Positions 12,301 to 25,316 of a DNA stretch of 64,000 nucleotides are shown here, in pieces. Every line of letters begins with the position of its first letter. Position 1 is the first letter of the stretch. The stretch comes from Paraspadella gotoi (Eukaryota; Animalia; Chaetognatha): positions 12,347,081 through 12,411,080 of the forward strand of contig CM119267.1 of NCBI GenBank assembly GCA_051294375.1, read 5' to 3'. The notes under the pieces were generated by a model that saw only the letters and a program-made list of their open reading frames with translations, was not told where the DNA came from and made no database searches. A program made the translations under genes and the position numbers.

Positions 12301-14102
12301 ACGGCCCTAAGCCGCCTTGGGGGGCATGGCCAAACCCTCAAGCTTTGGTTCCAAGCACCCAGGTACCCGTTCCATGGCTGCTAAAGGGGTTATAGAAGTT
12401 ACGGACAGTCATCTTCAGCCTACGTAGCGCCTTATCCACAGGTGAGACGCCAATCTCACGAGTTTTCAAGTCACTTATTAATAAACAATTATAATTAAAA
12501 TAAAAATCGATCCCCTTGTTCATGTTTATTACTTGATTAATGTTTATTTACATTGATTACTGTAGTGTTACTATTTTCTTTTATTATTGTTTTGTACATA
12601 TAGATATTCTAGATGCTTGCTGGTACACATTTTAGTACAGAACAAAACAAGCTTTGTTCCTTAATCAGCACCTACGACGCCGACATTTCGCCAACGTCTC
12701 TGATCAATTGGCGCCGAGGCGCGTGGCAAATTCGACTTCCGGACTATTAGCCACTCGTGAGTCAGATTGGCGACTCACCCTCGCTGCTTCTGTTGGAATG
12801 AGAAGAATGAGGGATCGAATCCTTCAAACTCTCTATTTTGAGCTCTTTTCTTTACCTTATTTTTCACATTCTACTTTCCCTTCATTTTTTCACTTTTCAT
12901 TTTTCAATTTTTAAATATTTTTATTTTAGTTTTAAATTTAATTAAAAACTAATTAGCTACTGAGTTCGGACTTGATTCTTACCCCCCTAATTGATCCTCC
13001 CACACGCATGATTGTTTTACAAAATAGTTTTATTTTTTATAGCAGAAGAATCGTTAAGGATTTTTCTATGTTAGTTTTGCGATGTCAAAAAACATTAGTA
13101 TGGGAAGCAACCGAAAATCAAGAGTCATGTTTGCTTCGCGCCCAAATAGTTAAAAATCAACTACATATAAATATTTGCACTCCTGCAAAAGTTACAATGA
13201 TCACCTAATGGGTTTCTTTATGGGGTATTGGAGAGAGTACTGTTTAAGGATTCTCATATAAAAAATCTAATTTCTAGCATAGAATTGGTTGTACCAATTT
13301 CATAAACTAAAGTTGTATAACAGCAATATCAATCAGTTAGTACTTAAAATCTTATATTTTCAAAGAAATTGAAGCTGCAGTATGCTGCAGTACTTGAACT
13401 ACCATACAATTACCGGGGTTAGGTTCCTGACTTCTAAACCATCGATCAATGTTATTTATTCAGCATAATATACTATGTTACTAATATAAAGTAAGTTTTC
13501 CTTTAATATATTTTCTCCGAATTTTGGCCTCAGGGCGTTATGCCCCATATAATAAAGTATCTAAATGACTAAATTAATTTGGATATCGCAGTATGGGGGA
13601 ATTAAATGTAACACTCAACAGTACTTGTAACCGGAATTACATCAATCTCGACCCATTATTGAATACACACAGTGGTATATACACAGTGGTACCAAGAATG
13701 TAAAGACTTTTTGACATTGTCTATACATCTTTGGAAGGGTCCTAAGGAAGGTATACTTCATAAATGAGTACATGACATGAGCTAAACATAAAGTAAAATG
13801 ACCAATTAAATAATTGTTAAAACTAAATTTTTCAGATATATATCGTTAAGCACAAATTATCGAGGGAATTAGTAATTTTTCCTATGGGGGGTAAGTTTTA
13901 AGTCCGAACCCTGTAATGGTTATCTTCACAGTTTACTTTTATTAATGGTTAATTATTACCAAATTATAACTCAAATATCTGATTGAATTTCATTTCTCTT
14001 TCACTCTCCCTCACTCTATTGTTTTCAATCTTAATCTGTCCTCAAACTAGCACTGTCCCTTTTCAAATTCTTTGTTGGAAACCTTTATCTCTCTCATTTA
14101 AT

Positions 14103-14146
14103 TCGCGCTGAAGAAGACTTACAAATAAGTCGAAACCTGTAAGTTA
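14103..14146 (+). ncRNA. Minimal type I hammerhead motif of a PLE 3' end (degenerate)
   Basis: CTGAAGA-A-GACTTA-CAAA-TAAGTC-GAAA-CCTG-TA; copies at about 19686-19732 and 30671-30716. Confidence 0.6.
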
Positions 14147-17100
14147 TTTGTTTCTATTTTAAAAATCGTTGTTTGTAACTAATTCACAACGCAACGAAAG
14201 AAAGCCTTCGCACAATGTCTACAAACTTTACTAACTAATTTTGTCCATAATTCGTTGGTATTTATAAAATTTTTTTAAGGGAAAGAAAAGGTGCCAGGCT
14301 ATCTTGAAATAAAACCTTTTTGTGAAACTGAAAATAAAAAAAATATTCAAATGTTATTTCTTTGCTTGCTATGAGAGATAGGAAAAAATTAACTAATTCT
14401 AATTTTTAAAATAAAATCTATTAATTAAAATTTGTTATTTACTTACTTTCTTACTTTACTTACTTTCTTATTAAATATAAATGGCAATTCTTGCCAAAAT
14501 TATTAATCTAAAAAGACTAAATAAAAAGTATTTTATATTTTTTAAATCATTATCTTCAAAAACTTGAAAAAAAAGACTTGAATACAGTCACGCCTCCAAA
14601 AATAAATCGTTTCTCGAAGTTGAAACCTCTAATCTTTTTTTCGCCGCCGCAAAAATCTATTGGTTTTCCATCTCGTCATATTTCCGTTCCAACGACCCAC
14701 CGCCCCCCTCCAGATTTCCCCCTCTCGCCAAACACCAACGCCATCACGTAGCAACGACGTAAAATCGTTTGAGACGCGAGAATCGTCGGCGTTGTCGTTG
14801 TTGTTGTTGTTGTTGNNNNNNNNNNNNNNNNNNNNNNNNNTCTACTGCGTTAAATTGTAAAATTTATTTATAAATATTTTTTATTACAATAAATGTCATT
14901 AACTATAATGTTGTTTCGTTCTCCTACTTTTTAGAATTTTAAATTAAAAGTAATAAATTTAAGAAATTTTACTAATTTTACAAAATTTCAAATATAGCTT
15001 TTTTTTAATTAATTCTGAGAACTAATTCAGATTCCTCGTAAAAAGTTGATCATAAAAGAAGAATATAAAACTTTATTTTCTCAAAAAATTATGTCTTAAG
15101 TAGTGTTAAAATTCAAAAAAATATGTTTAAGCTGCGCAATTGAAAATTCAGCGTTCTTAAATATAGTTTTTTACATTTTTGACGCACCTTAAATGAATAA
15201 TTTTTTAAAAAAGCACAATACTTCTTTCTCTTATATCAACTTTTTTTTGCAAGGAATCTAATAACCGTCAGAAAGAATTTTAAAATTTGCAGTTTGAAAT
15301 TTTACTCTAAATATATACTTATTAGCTAATATATAAATATAGCTCACTGGTGCCCCACTGGAATACCTAATGTATAAAAATCAAAAAAGTTAAATTTCCA
15401 AAATATTTTTTATTGGTGTTTATTTTTCAATTTATTTTAAAATTTAATCTATCACTCTAAATCCACTACCCGTTTGGATACTCGAAAATCTTCCTTCGTT
15501 TCCCATGCTTGCCGTAATAGCGCACTGGCATAACGCTGATTGTGAAATCTTTTTTATGATTCTTCATTATGCCTCTTAATTTTTTTAAAAAAAAATTCCC
15601 TCTACACTTGAGAATAGACAACGTTGACAGTCCCTCGAGTATCTCTCTCTCTCTAACTCTTTCTCATCTCTCTCTCCTCTGCTCGCTCTCTCTCTCTCTT
15701 TTCACACTCTCTCTCTCTCTTCTTTCTCTCTCTCAGCACTTCACGAACCCCTGGGGCTGAAAGACCTTTCTCCTTCTCCCCGTGCCTCGCGGTCGGCCTG
15801 AGGGATTCGCGGCGATGAGAGGTGGAGCCCGAAGAGTTTTGAGAGATCACCATGTCGTCGCGTTGCGACATTATTGTCGTCGGTCATTGCTTTGATTCAT
15901 CGTCGTTGTTCGTTACAATATATATATATATAAATCTATATATAGACGTTTGATAGCCGTCATTGTCTGTTTAGATTACCGTAATAATATTTTCCTCGTT
16001 TGTCTCACATCGTCTCTGTCGTTTATATATCATGGTGGTTAGCACCCATAGTCGTCGTCATCGTCCGACGTCGTTAATTAATCGTCGGTGTTGCTCAGTC
16101 ACTGTTGGCACGCGGTCATTCGTTTGGTCCACAGATTTCCAAGTCAAATCCTATGACGCGTATGATTAAAAAGATAATCTAAAAATATATGATCGTCGCC
16201 AGACGTTACTATCAAAGAAAATTGAATGAAAAATATCTGGAGAAAGCTGCAGAGCTGAAACTCGTTTTTAAATTGAATCAGAGAGAGGCAGCAACCTGAC
16301 AGAAAAGAGAAAAAGAGAAGAGGATATAATTTAAAATAAATAAAAAAGACAAAAAAATATTATAATTGTTTATAATTGGAAATTGTTAAAATATTTTTCA
16401 AATTGGAAGTTATAAAAGTCCTGTATTTTTTATTTGTATTTAATCTTCAATCATCCTTATCAAGATCTGGTTAAAATCAATATGTTTCATATTGATTCAA
16501 TGATTTCTTATTTGAATTCTTTCTTAAATTAAGTATTATATTCAATATTGCATATTGCAGTTTTTAGCATAGTATATACATTCTAATTTGCATATTGCAG
16601 TAAATTTGATAATAAAGTGGAAATTCAAACAAAAATACTTGAATCGAAGTATGAAACAAAAAAATGGGATATATATTTAAACTGCCTTACTGCCTTACTA
16701 ATGGAGAAACTTTATAAAAATCTATCATAGTAGTTTTTATTCTAGAATTAAAAAAAAATTTTGAAAGCCCCAGTTAACAATTATATAAAAGGAAAAAAAA
16801 GAATGATGCATGACAACGATAATGACAATGATTGATAACGACGACGATGACGACGATGGTGACAACGACGTCAACAAAAAAGCTTAAGCCCGTCTGGCGA
16901 AGATAATAATATATAATCTGATAAACTTATCTATTATTAAAATAATAAAATCTTAATGATAATCGAAGGAGAAAAACGGACCATTCTAGGCCTATTTTTT
17001 TGGCTTCTGTTCTAATCTTATAACGAAAGAAAAAAATCGAAAAGCGACGGCTGAAAATCTGGAGATAAAACGACGAATCGAGAGAGAGAAAAAAGAAGAA

Positions 17101-17424
17101 AGCAAATAAAAATAAAGAAGAGGCAGCGGAAATGGATATTTGGTGACCATGGCGACGATCGATGGAGATGAGCCGGGGGGTTGGACTTCGATTAGAAGAT
17201 TAGGATGAGTTGGGATGAAGTCTGTTTATTTTTTTTATATGAGGATAAGTGAGATGAGGACGATACATCAATTAAGGTCAAAGATTGAAAGAATTAACAA
17301 TCAACTCAGTGTGATTAAAAAATGTGGTGAGTTCGTTCTATTTTTTAAAGGACAAAATTTCAATTAGTTCGCTTCCCGGTTGTGCTGTGTGATTGGCACT
17401 ATTTGTTTGGCACGGCGTCAGGTC

Positions 17425-17790
17425 CTATTTCTCTTCCTGGCGGGTGGAGAGGACCTGCAAATAGGAGTACTTGGACAGGCCCCCTTGGTGGCCACTGTCC
17501 ACGCCCTTGCGTGGCCGGTACGCGACCATTTTCTCGAAAGCCACAGAAGGGTAACATTTGATCGCTAAGGCTCTCCTTACATGTTACGAGCTCGGCTGCT
17601 TTTTAGCCTCAGGTAGTTGATGGAATCCAGTTCGGCTCTTCTCTGCGTAAGAGAGTTGATGGTGTTGCCAACTTGTGGCGAGAAGGGAGCATTGAATCAG
17701 ACGGTCAATCGCAAATCAGTGGTGAGTTGGCTTCTTCTGTAAACAGAAAATTCAAGGCAACCATCATTAATTACCTGGCTGGGTATAGCG
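17425..17790 (-). mobile_element. Penelope-like RT remnant (copy C)
   Basis: Indel-rich duplicate of 11954-12300. Confidence 0.75.
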
Positions 17791-20524
17791 TGAGGAGGCC
17801 CCTAAGCGCCTTGGGGGCATGGGCAAAACCCCTCAAGCTTTGGTTCAAGCCCAGGAGTACCCGTTCCATGGCTGCTAAAGGGGTTATAGAAGTTACGGAC
17901 AGTCATCTTCAGCCTACGTAGCGCGCCTTATCCACAGTGAGAACGCCAATCTCAGCGAGTTTTTCAAAGTCCAACTTATTAATAAACAATTAATAATAAA
18001 ATAAAAATCGATCCCTTGTTTATGTTTATTAACTTTGATTAATGTTTATTTACATTGATTACTGTAGTGTTACTATTTTCTTTATATTATTGTTTTGTAC
18101 ATATAGATATTCTAGAGTGCTTGCTGCTTACACCATCTTTGAGTACAGAACAAACAAGCTTTGTTCCTATAACATCAACCTACCGACGCCGACATCTTCG
18201 CAACGTCTCTGATCAATTGGCGCCCGAGGCGCGTGAGCAAATTCGACTTCCGGACTATTGGCACTTCGTGAGTCAGATTGGCGGACTACCCTCGCTGCTT
18301 CTGTTGGAATGAGAAGAGGAATGAGGGATCGAATCCTACAAACTCTCTATTGACTCTTTTCTTTTACTTAAATTTTTCACATTCTATCCCCTCATTTTTT
18401 CACTTTTCATTTTTTCAATTTTTTAAATATTTTATTTTAGTTTTAAAATTTAATTAAAACCTAATCTAGGCTACTGATTGCGGGTACTTGCATTTCTTCT
18501 GACCCCCCTAATTGACTCCCCACACGCAATGATTGTTATTTACAATAGTTTTTTTTTTTATAGAAGAAAGAATCGTTTTACAGGATTTTTGCTAATTTAT
18601 GTTTTGCGATGTTCAAAACATTTAGTAATGGAAGCAACGAAAATCAAAGAGTCATGTTGGCTTCGCGCCCAAATAGTTAAAGATTACAACTACATTAAAT
18701 ATATATTACTGACTCCTGCAAAAGTTACAATGATCAACCTAATGGGTTCTTTATGGTGTTATTGAGAGAGTACTGTTTAAGGATTTCTCATATAAAATCT
18801 AATTTCTAGCGATAAGAAATTGGTTGTTACCAAATTTCATAAAACTAAAGTTGTATTAACAAGCAATATCAATTCAGTTTAGTACTGTTAAAAATTATAT
18901 TTTCAAAGAAAATTGAAGCTGCCAGTTATGCTGCAGTAACATTGAAGTAACCAGTCAGATTTACCGGGGTTAGGTTGCTGACTTCTGAAACCATACGATC
19001 AATGTTATTTATTTCAGCATAATATACTATGTTACTAATAGTGAGAAGTAAGGTTTTCCTTTAATATATTTCTCTGCCGAATTTTGGCCTCAAGGGGCTT
19101 ATGCCCCATATAATAAAAGTACTAAATACTAAATTTGGAATATCGCAGTATGGGGGGAATTAAATGTAACACATGAAACAGTACTTGTAACCGGAATTAA
19201 CCATCAATTCTCGACCCATTATTGAATGACACACAGTGGTATAACACAAGTGGGTACGCAAAAGAATGTAAAGACTTTTGACATTGTACTCATATCATCT
19301 TTTGGAAGGGTCTAGGAAGGGTATACTTCATAAAAATGAGTAGCAGTACATATGAAGCTAAAACATAAAGTAACAATGACCAATTAAATAATTGTTAAAA
19401 ACTAAATTTTTCAGTATATATCGTTAAGCACAAATTATCGATGGGATTAGTAAATTTTTCCTATGGGGGGCAAGTTTAATCCGACACCCTGTAATGGTTA
19501 TCTTCACAGTTTACATATTTATTAATGGTAATTATTATACCAAATTATAACTCAAATATCCTGAATGAATTTCATTTCTCTTTCCACTCTCCCTCACTCT
19601 ATTTTGTCTCATCTTAATCTGTCCTCGAAACTAGCCTGTCCCTTTTCAAATTCTTTGTTGGAAAACCTTTATCTCTCTCATTTAATCGCGCTGAAGAAGG
19701 ACTTACAAAATAAGTCCGAAACCGTAGTGTTATTTGTTTCTATTTTAAAAATCGTTGTTTGTAACTAATTCACAAACGCAACGAAAAGAAACCTTCGCAC
19801 AATGTCTACAAACTTTCCTACGAACTAATTTTCGTCCACTAATTCGTCGGTATTCTATCAAAACTTTTTTTAAGGGAAAGAAAAGGTGCCAGCGCGCTAT
19901 CTTGAAATAAAACCTTTTTGTGAAACTGAAAATTAAAAAAAATATTCAAATGTTATTTTCTTGCTTGCTATAGCACGATTAGGACGAAAAAATTAACTAA
20001 TTTCGTAATTTTTAAAATAAAATCTATTAATTAAATTTGACTTTACTTACTTTCTTACTTTAACTTACTTCTCTCTATTAATTAAATGGCAAGTCTGGCA
20101 AAATTATTAATCTAAAAAGACTACAATAAAACAGTATTTTTATATTTTCTTAACGATTCATTATCTTCAAAAACTTGAAAAAAAAAAGACCTGGAAATAC
20201 AGTCCGCCTATCCAAAAATAAAATCGTCTTCTCGAAGTTGAAACCTACTAATCTTTTTTCGCCGCCGGCAAAAAATCTCATTGGTTTTCCATCTCGTCAT
20301 ATTTCCGTCTTCCAACGATCCCCACGCGCCCCCCTCCAGATTTTCCCCCTCTCGCCAACACCAACCGCCATCACGTAAGCAACGACCGTAAAATCGTTTG
20401 AGACGCGGAGAATTCGTCGCCGTTGTCGGTTTGTTGTTGTTGTGTTGCTCTGGTGGGTCCAGTCGTCACTTCTTCCGTTCGATCGATGGATGGAAAGCAG
20501 AGAGTGAGAGAGAGAGAGAGATGC

Positions 20525-20560
<36 letters not shown>

Positions 20561-20863
20561 TTTGTAATTCTTCGCATAAAATTTGACGACAAAACTTAAC
20601 GACTAAATTTTTGAATAAAATGAAATAAAATCAGTTATTAATTTATAAAATATGCTGACTGATATAATAAAAATTAAGTTGAAACATTAGAAGCGAACAT
20701 GGGGTAAAATTAATTGACGGAAAGCGTGAAAAAAATCATCTCGCGCGTAAACATGATTTTCCCCATATTTTTTTTTCTCTCTTCGGGTGATTTTTTAGAC
20801 GGAATCTCGGTCGATGGCGCGTGAACCGTTTTCACGTTTCGCGCCGCTTGCCGTGAATCAAAG

Positions 20864-20910
<47 letters not shown>

Positions 20911-21333
20911 GCGTTTAAATTCCCGGTATTAGTAATATGATACTACACGCTCGTAATTTTTTTACTTCCTTGAAGGAAGATTTTTTTTGTTGGGCCTAAT
21001 GTTCCGACTTAATTTTTTTCCTCGTATTTCTCGCTTAATTCATAAGAAAAACGGCACAAGGTCGCGAAAAGGAAAAACCGTCTCGGCGAATTTATGCTCC
21101 GGGTGGTCGGTCCGGTGGCATTGACGTCGTCAACGGCCGCGAATGGAATGTCGTCAGTGCCGAGGCAACGTCTAATTGACCTTGGCCGAGGTTCTAGATT
21201 GGATTTAATTATAAAATAATTTGCATGAATTATGTATGAATTGCCGTTAAAATTCGTTGTAACTGTGAATTAAGAAATTTTAGTTAATAAATTAGACTGA
21301 GAGACTGTTTATTAAAAGCTTGCGAGGTCTTCT

Positions 21334-21603
21334 TATGAAATTGGTACAAACGATATAAAAATATCCATTCATTTAATAAGTAAGCTATCTTGCCCCTGAC
21401 TTGGGACAGGCTTTGGTAGTTTAAGGCCTCCATCACTCTTACAAGATAATGACATAGCAAGTCAATCAGTTAAAGCACTGATGATGAACGAAATATACGT
21501 TCGAAACATGTCTGCTACTATACAAATAAAAATTCGTTTTGAAGAACTAAAAAAAAAAAAATTGTTATTTCGTCTAATGTATATTGGTGGTACAAATTTC
21601 ACA
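21334..21603. mobile_element. 326-bp family element with inverted ends, interrupted by a PLE 3' end
   Basis: Begins TATGAAATTGGTACAAACGATATA and ends TATATTGGTGGTACAAATTTCACA (imperfect inverted repeat); duplicate at about 32377-32652. Confidence 0.55.
21474..21516 (+). ncRNA. Intact minimal type I hammerhead ribozyme motif (PLE type)
   Basis: AGCA-CTGATGA-T-GAACG-AAATATA-CGTTC-GAAA-CATG-TC-TGCT: stem I AGCA/TGCT, stem II GAACG/CGTTC, palindromic stem III, GUC site; followed by AATAAA and an A run. Confidence 0.85.
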
Positions 21604-22249
21604 GAACTAACAGTTATTAGCTCCCTCGCTCTCACGATTCTCATTCTCGCTTTTTTAACGTTTGTAATTTGTTCTCGCTTTATTTTAAAATTGCTTTGTA
21701 CAATTTACATTGCGCAAATGTTTCTACCGTGACGTGTCCGCCACGGTTTGTTTGTTTCACGACGCATCGGACCGACTGTGAGTCTGTGAGAGTCGCGTGT
21801 CGAGGCTCACAAAGGCGGAAGGCCGGAAGGCGAAGGAGGAAACGAACGTGAAAGGCGAATGCGGTGAAGTGAAAGGCTAAGGACGATGGGATGGGCGATG
21901 GGTGTGAGAAGAGGAACGAGGGAAAGTGAAAGGCAAAAAGCAAAGGGAAGGCCGGGAGGGGGGTATCAGCATAGGGAAAATGATGGGAAAAGTGAAAAGG
22001 CAAAAGGGAATCCGGTGAAGAGAAATATGAAGGGAGGGGGTGAGATGTGAAAGAGTTAAAGACGAAGGACAGGGGGGTGAAAAGTTAAACGAGAGTGAAG
22101 GCGATAGGGAGGGGGGGGGGGGCTGAAAAGTGAAACGTGGGAAACTGAAAGATTGAGGGGCGGAGGGCATGAAATATAGAATGCAATGATAAAATAATAA
22201 TAATAGAAAAAAGAAAGTGTTTAAAATGGCATAGCCACAGCCTGTCCAT

Positions 22250-22829
22250 TAAAGGCGTAGTAAAATTTCAAAATTTAACTTTAATTAAAATTCTAAAAGT
22301 GAGGAACGAACAAAATTATACTAATGAACATTTATGTAATAAAAAAAATTCTAATAAATTTTACAATTTACGCAGTAGGCCATATTTATACTAGTACTAA
22401 ACCAATAAATGTTAAAATTTTAAAACAGTTTTTTTAAAGATTTTTTTGCAGATTTGGATTCGTCATAAAAAGTTGGTAAAAAGAAATATAACTCTTTTTG
22501 AAAAATTCCTTCATTATTGGGTCAAAAATTAGAATAAGCTATATTTGAAGCTGAAAATTAACTTTTTATATATTAAATATAGTTTTTTTAATTTTTAACC
22601 CACTTAATTAAAGAATTTTTAAAAATGATTTATATTTATACTTTTGACGAGGAATTCAAATCTGCAATCAAAATTAAAAAAAGCCTATTTTGAAATTTTT
22701 CGATTTTATAAGGATAGTACTATATATAAATATAGCCTACTGGTTTTTTTTACAAATTAATGTTCACTGATGGTATGTTGTTCATAATTGACTTTTAGAA
22801 TTTTCGTATGTAACTTTCACTACGCCTTA
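22250..22829. mobile_element. MITE with 8-9 bp target site duplication (hAT- or MULE-like)
   Basis: TIRs TAAAGGCGTAGTAAAA ... TTTCACTACGCCTTA flanked by direct repeat CTGTCCAT(T); related copy at about 6595-7245 and duplicate from 33290. Confidence 0.8.
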
Positions 22830-23282
22830 CTGTCCATTTGTCCAAAGACATGGGCATTGGGCAAAACAGAATATATCTTATATAATTGGTATTACTTTAA
22901 TATTGGTCGTATCATGTACATATACTAATTTCAGAAAATAAAAAAAAGACAATCTACCAGCAAAAAACAAATAACACATGCTTCTTTATCTTTCATCATG
23001 ACGCAAGAAGGTGGAACATAAGGAAAAACAAGTTTGAGCAAACAATGTCGGATCTGCCCACGATAATTAACGGTAATTAATTAATTAATTAATTAAATAA
23101 TTAATTAATTTCAACTTAATTTATTCAAGTTAATTATTTAATTAATTAGGCAATTTGATCTGAAATGTTTGTTTTGATTGATTAATTGACTGATTAATTA
23201 ATTGACGAATTGATTAATTAACTGATTAATTATTTGATTAATTAATACATTTTGCATTTGCATTTAAAATAAAAAGAAAAAG

Positions 23283-23830
23283 AAGCATAATCAATTAGTG
23301 AAACAGGTTCTTTGTTTTTTCCATTTAAACTCATTTCCACTCAAACGATTCCATCGAAACTTAATTTCCAGTTTAATCACGCACTTTTCTACCCCAATAC
23401 AAAATTTCAAGTCAATTGCCCCATCCACTCATGAGTAATTGGTGTTCAAATAGTGAAATATATTTTTTTGTTTTTTCCAATTAAACTTATTTCATATCCA
23501 GCTCAATCACACACTGCCTTACCCACACACAAAATTTCATTCCAATCCACCCAACCAATCACGAGTAATTGGTGTTTTTTGCTAAGGTGGGACGGATGGA
23601 CGGACAGACAGACGGACGGACGGACGGACGGACGGAAGGACGGACGGAGGGACAGACTGACAGACAGTTGGACGGACGGACGGACATCATAGTTTTTGCA
23701 TAATTTATTATAATTCAATGTTCTGACATGATATAAGTGAATGCCCGACAAGATTGAGGGGGCGGACGGACGGACCGACAAAGTGAATTATAGAGTCGGG
23801 ATTTGCTGTAAGCAGATCCGACTAATAAAA
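23283..23830 (-). mobile_element. Helentron/DINE-1-like non-autonomous element with (GTCC/GTCT)n
   Basis: Terminal hairpin AGTCGGG-ATTTGCTGTAAGCAGAT-CCGACT (23794-23823) next to an A run, plus GACG/GACA tetranucleotide arrays; duplicate at about 35243-35812 and paralog at 39577-39948. Confidence 0.7.
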
Positions 23831-24189
23831 GACCAGTGGCTGCACCAATACATGTAAATCGCTTTCAATGGCCTAAACTGAACTCTTCTGCGACACTAAT
23901 AACATTTTGATACTTGAAAAAAATATTATATTAATGAAAATAATATTAATTTTGCTTGCATCACTTTTTATCCGTCTTGGGCAATATTTTGTTAATAATG
24001 TTATTGTCATCGTCGTCATCGTTGCCACGTTTTTTATAATTGGAAATTGTTAAAGTGTGTACTTGTATAAAACTAAAAATTTAGATATGGCTTCTCATCA
24101 CCAAGATTTTTTAAAACCGCATGTTTTATACTGATACAAGCATTTTTTGTTTAAAATCCCTACAGAACTGTAACATGTAACTGTAACAA

Positions 24190-24370
24190 TACTTAAGGGA
24201 GTGGTCTTTTCATACAATTGAAAAATTCTTTCAAATATTATACCACTTCATTGATAGGGAAGCCAGGTACTCTGGGAGTGAATAAACGAAACTATGAGAA
24301 AGTCTTGATTGAAAGCTTGCAGGAACCTGCAAGAGTGATGGAGGCCTTAAACCACCAAAGCCTGTTCAAA
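24190..24370 (+). repeat. 326-bp family fragment
   Basis: Matches the unit; the duplicate at 36183-36432 ends with GTACCAATTTCATA. Confidence 0.85.
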
Positions 24371-25238
24371 NNNNNNNNNNNNNNNNNNNNNNNNNNNNNN
24401 NNNNNNNNNNNNNNNNNNNNNNNNNNNNNNNNNNNNNNNNNNNNNNNNNNNNNNNNNNNNNNNNNNNNNNNNNNNNNNNNNNNNNNNNNNNNNNNNNNNN
24501 NNNNNNNNNNNNNNNNNNNNNNNNNNNNNNNNNNNNNNNNNNNNNNNNNNNNNNNNNNNNNNNNNNNNNNNNNNNNNNNNNNNNNAATTTTATGAATTTA
24601 GAATATAAAACCCGGAAGAGGCCGTAGAATCACGATTCTCTGGAAATTGTCCGAGAGCGAGAAAAAGAAAGCGAATGAAAAAAAGGAGGGTGGAGAGGTA
24701 AACAGTGTGTTAAGTATTTACATCCGGGACAGATGGAGTTTGTTAGCGACGCGAGACGAAGCATTCGAGTTTAAACGAAACCTCGGTCCGATTCTCACTG
24801 ATTTTTTGACGGAATTCGACCGAAAATTCAGTCCAACAAATTTAGCAATATTTGAAACGATTTGTGAGTTAATTTATCATGATGAAACATCAAAGAATTT
24901 ATGACTTGCATCCTAATTTCTTGATTGGTTTATTTGATAGATCTAATAATTATTAGTTAATAATTAACGATTAAGAATGGATGAGTGATTTTCTGTTAGA
25001 TTGTATCATTGATCTGCCGATAGCTAGATTGATATGGTTAAACAATTAGTAAAGTAAATGAAATAAAAAATGACTTCTCGAAGACATCTTCATGGCGCAA
25101 CGATTTTTTTAACGAGACAATTGACACGAGGAAAGAAAGAGATCAAACGATTTAGCGAAAAAAAAAAAAAAAACAAAACCTCTGGAGACGCTTCGAGTTT
25201 AATTGGTTGAGGGCGAGAGATCTGACGCTAATTCATCT

Positions 25239-25316
<78 letters not shown>

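Larger units (their letters stand above)
9042..14815 (+). repeat. Duplicated block, copy B (partial)
   Basis: About 9510-14815 aligns by eye to about 14980-20445 and 26070-31420; bounded by 25-N gaps. Confidence 0.92.

Noticed and set aside
22249-22827. Kolobok/piggyBac assignment from TTAA at the left end
   Set aside because: No TTAA on the right; an 8-9 bp direct repeat explains the flanks better
23060-23250. TTAATTAA palindromic array
   Set aside because: Low-complexity AT repeat without further structure
24647-24904. Protein-like 85-aa ORF
   Set aside because: No recognised homology, non-ATG start, and frame broken in the duplicate at 36.8 kb; cannot be excluded given read errors
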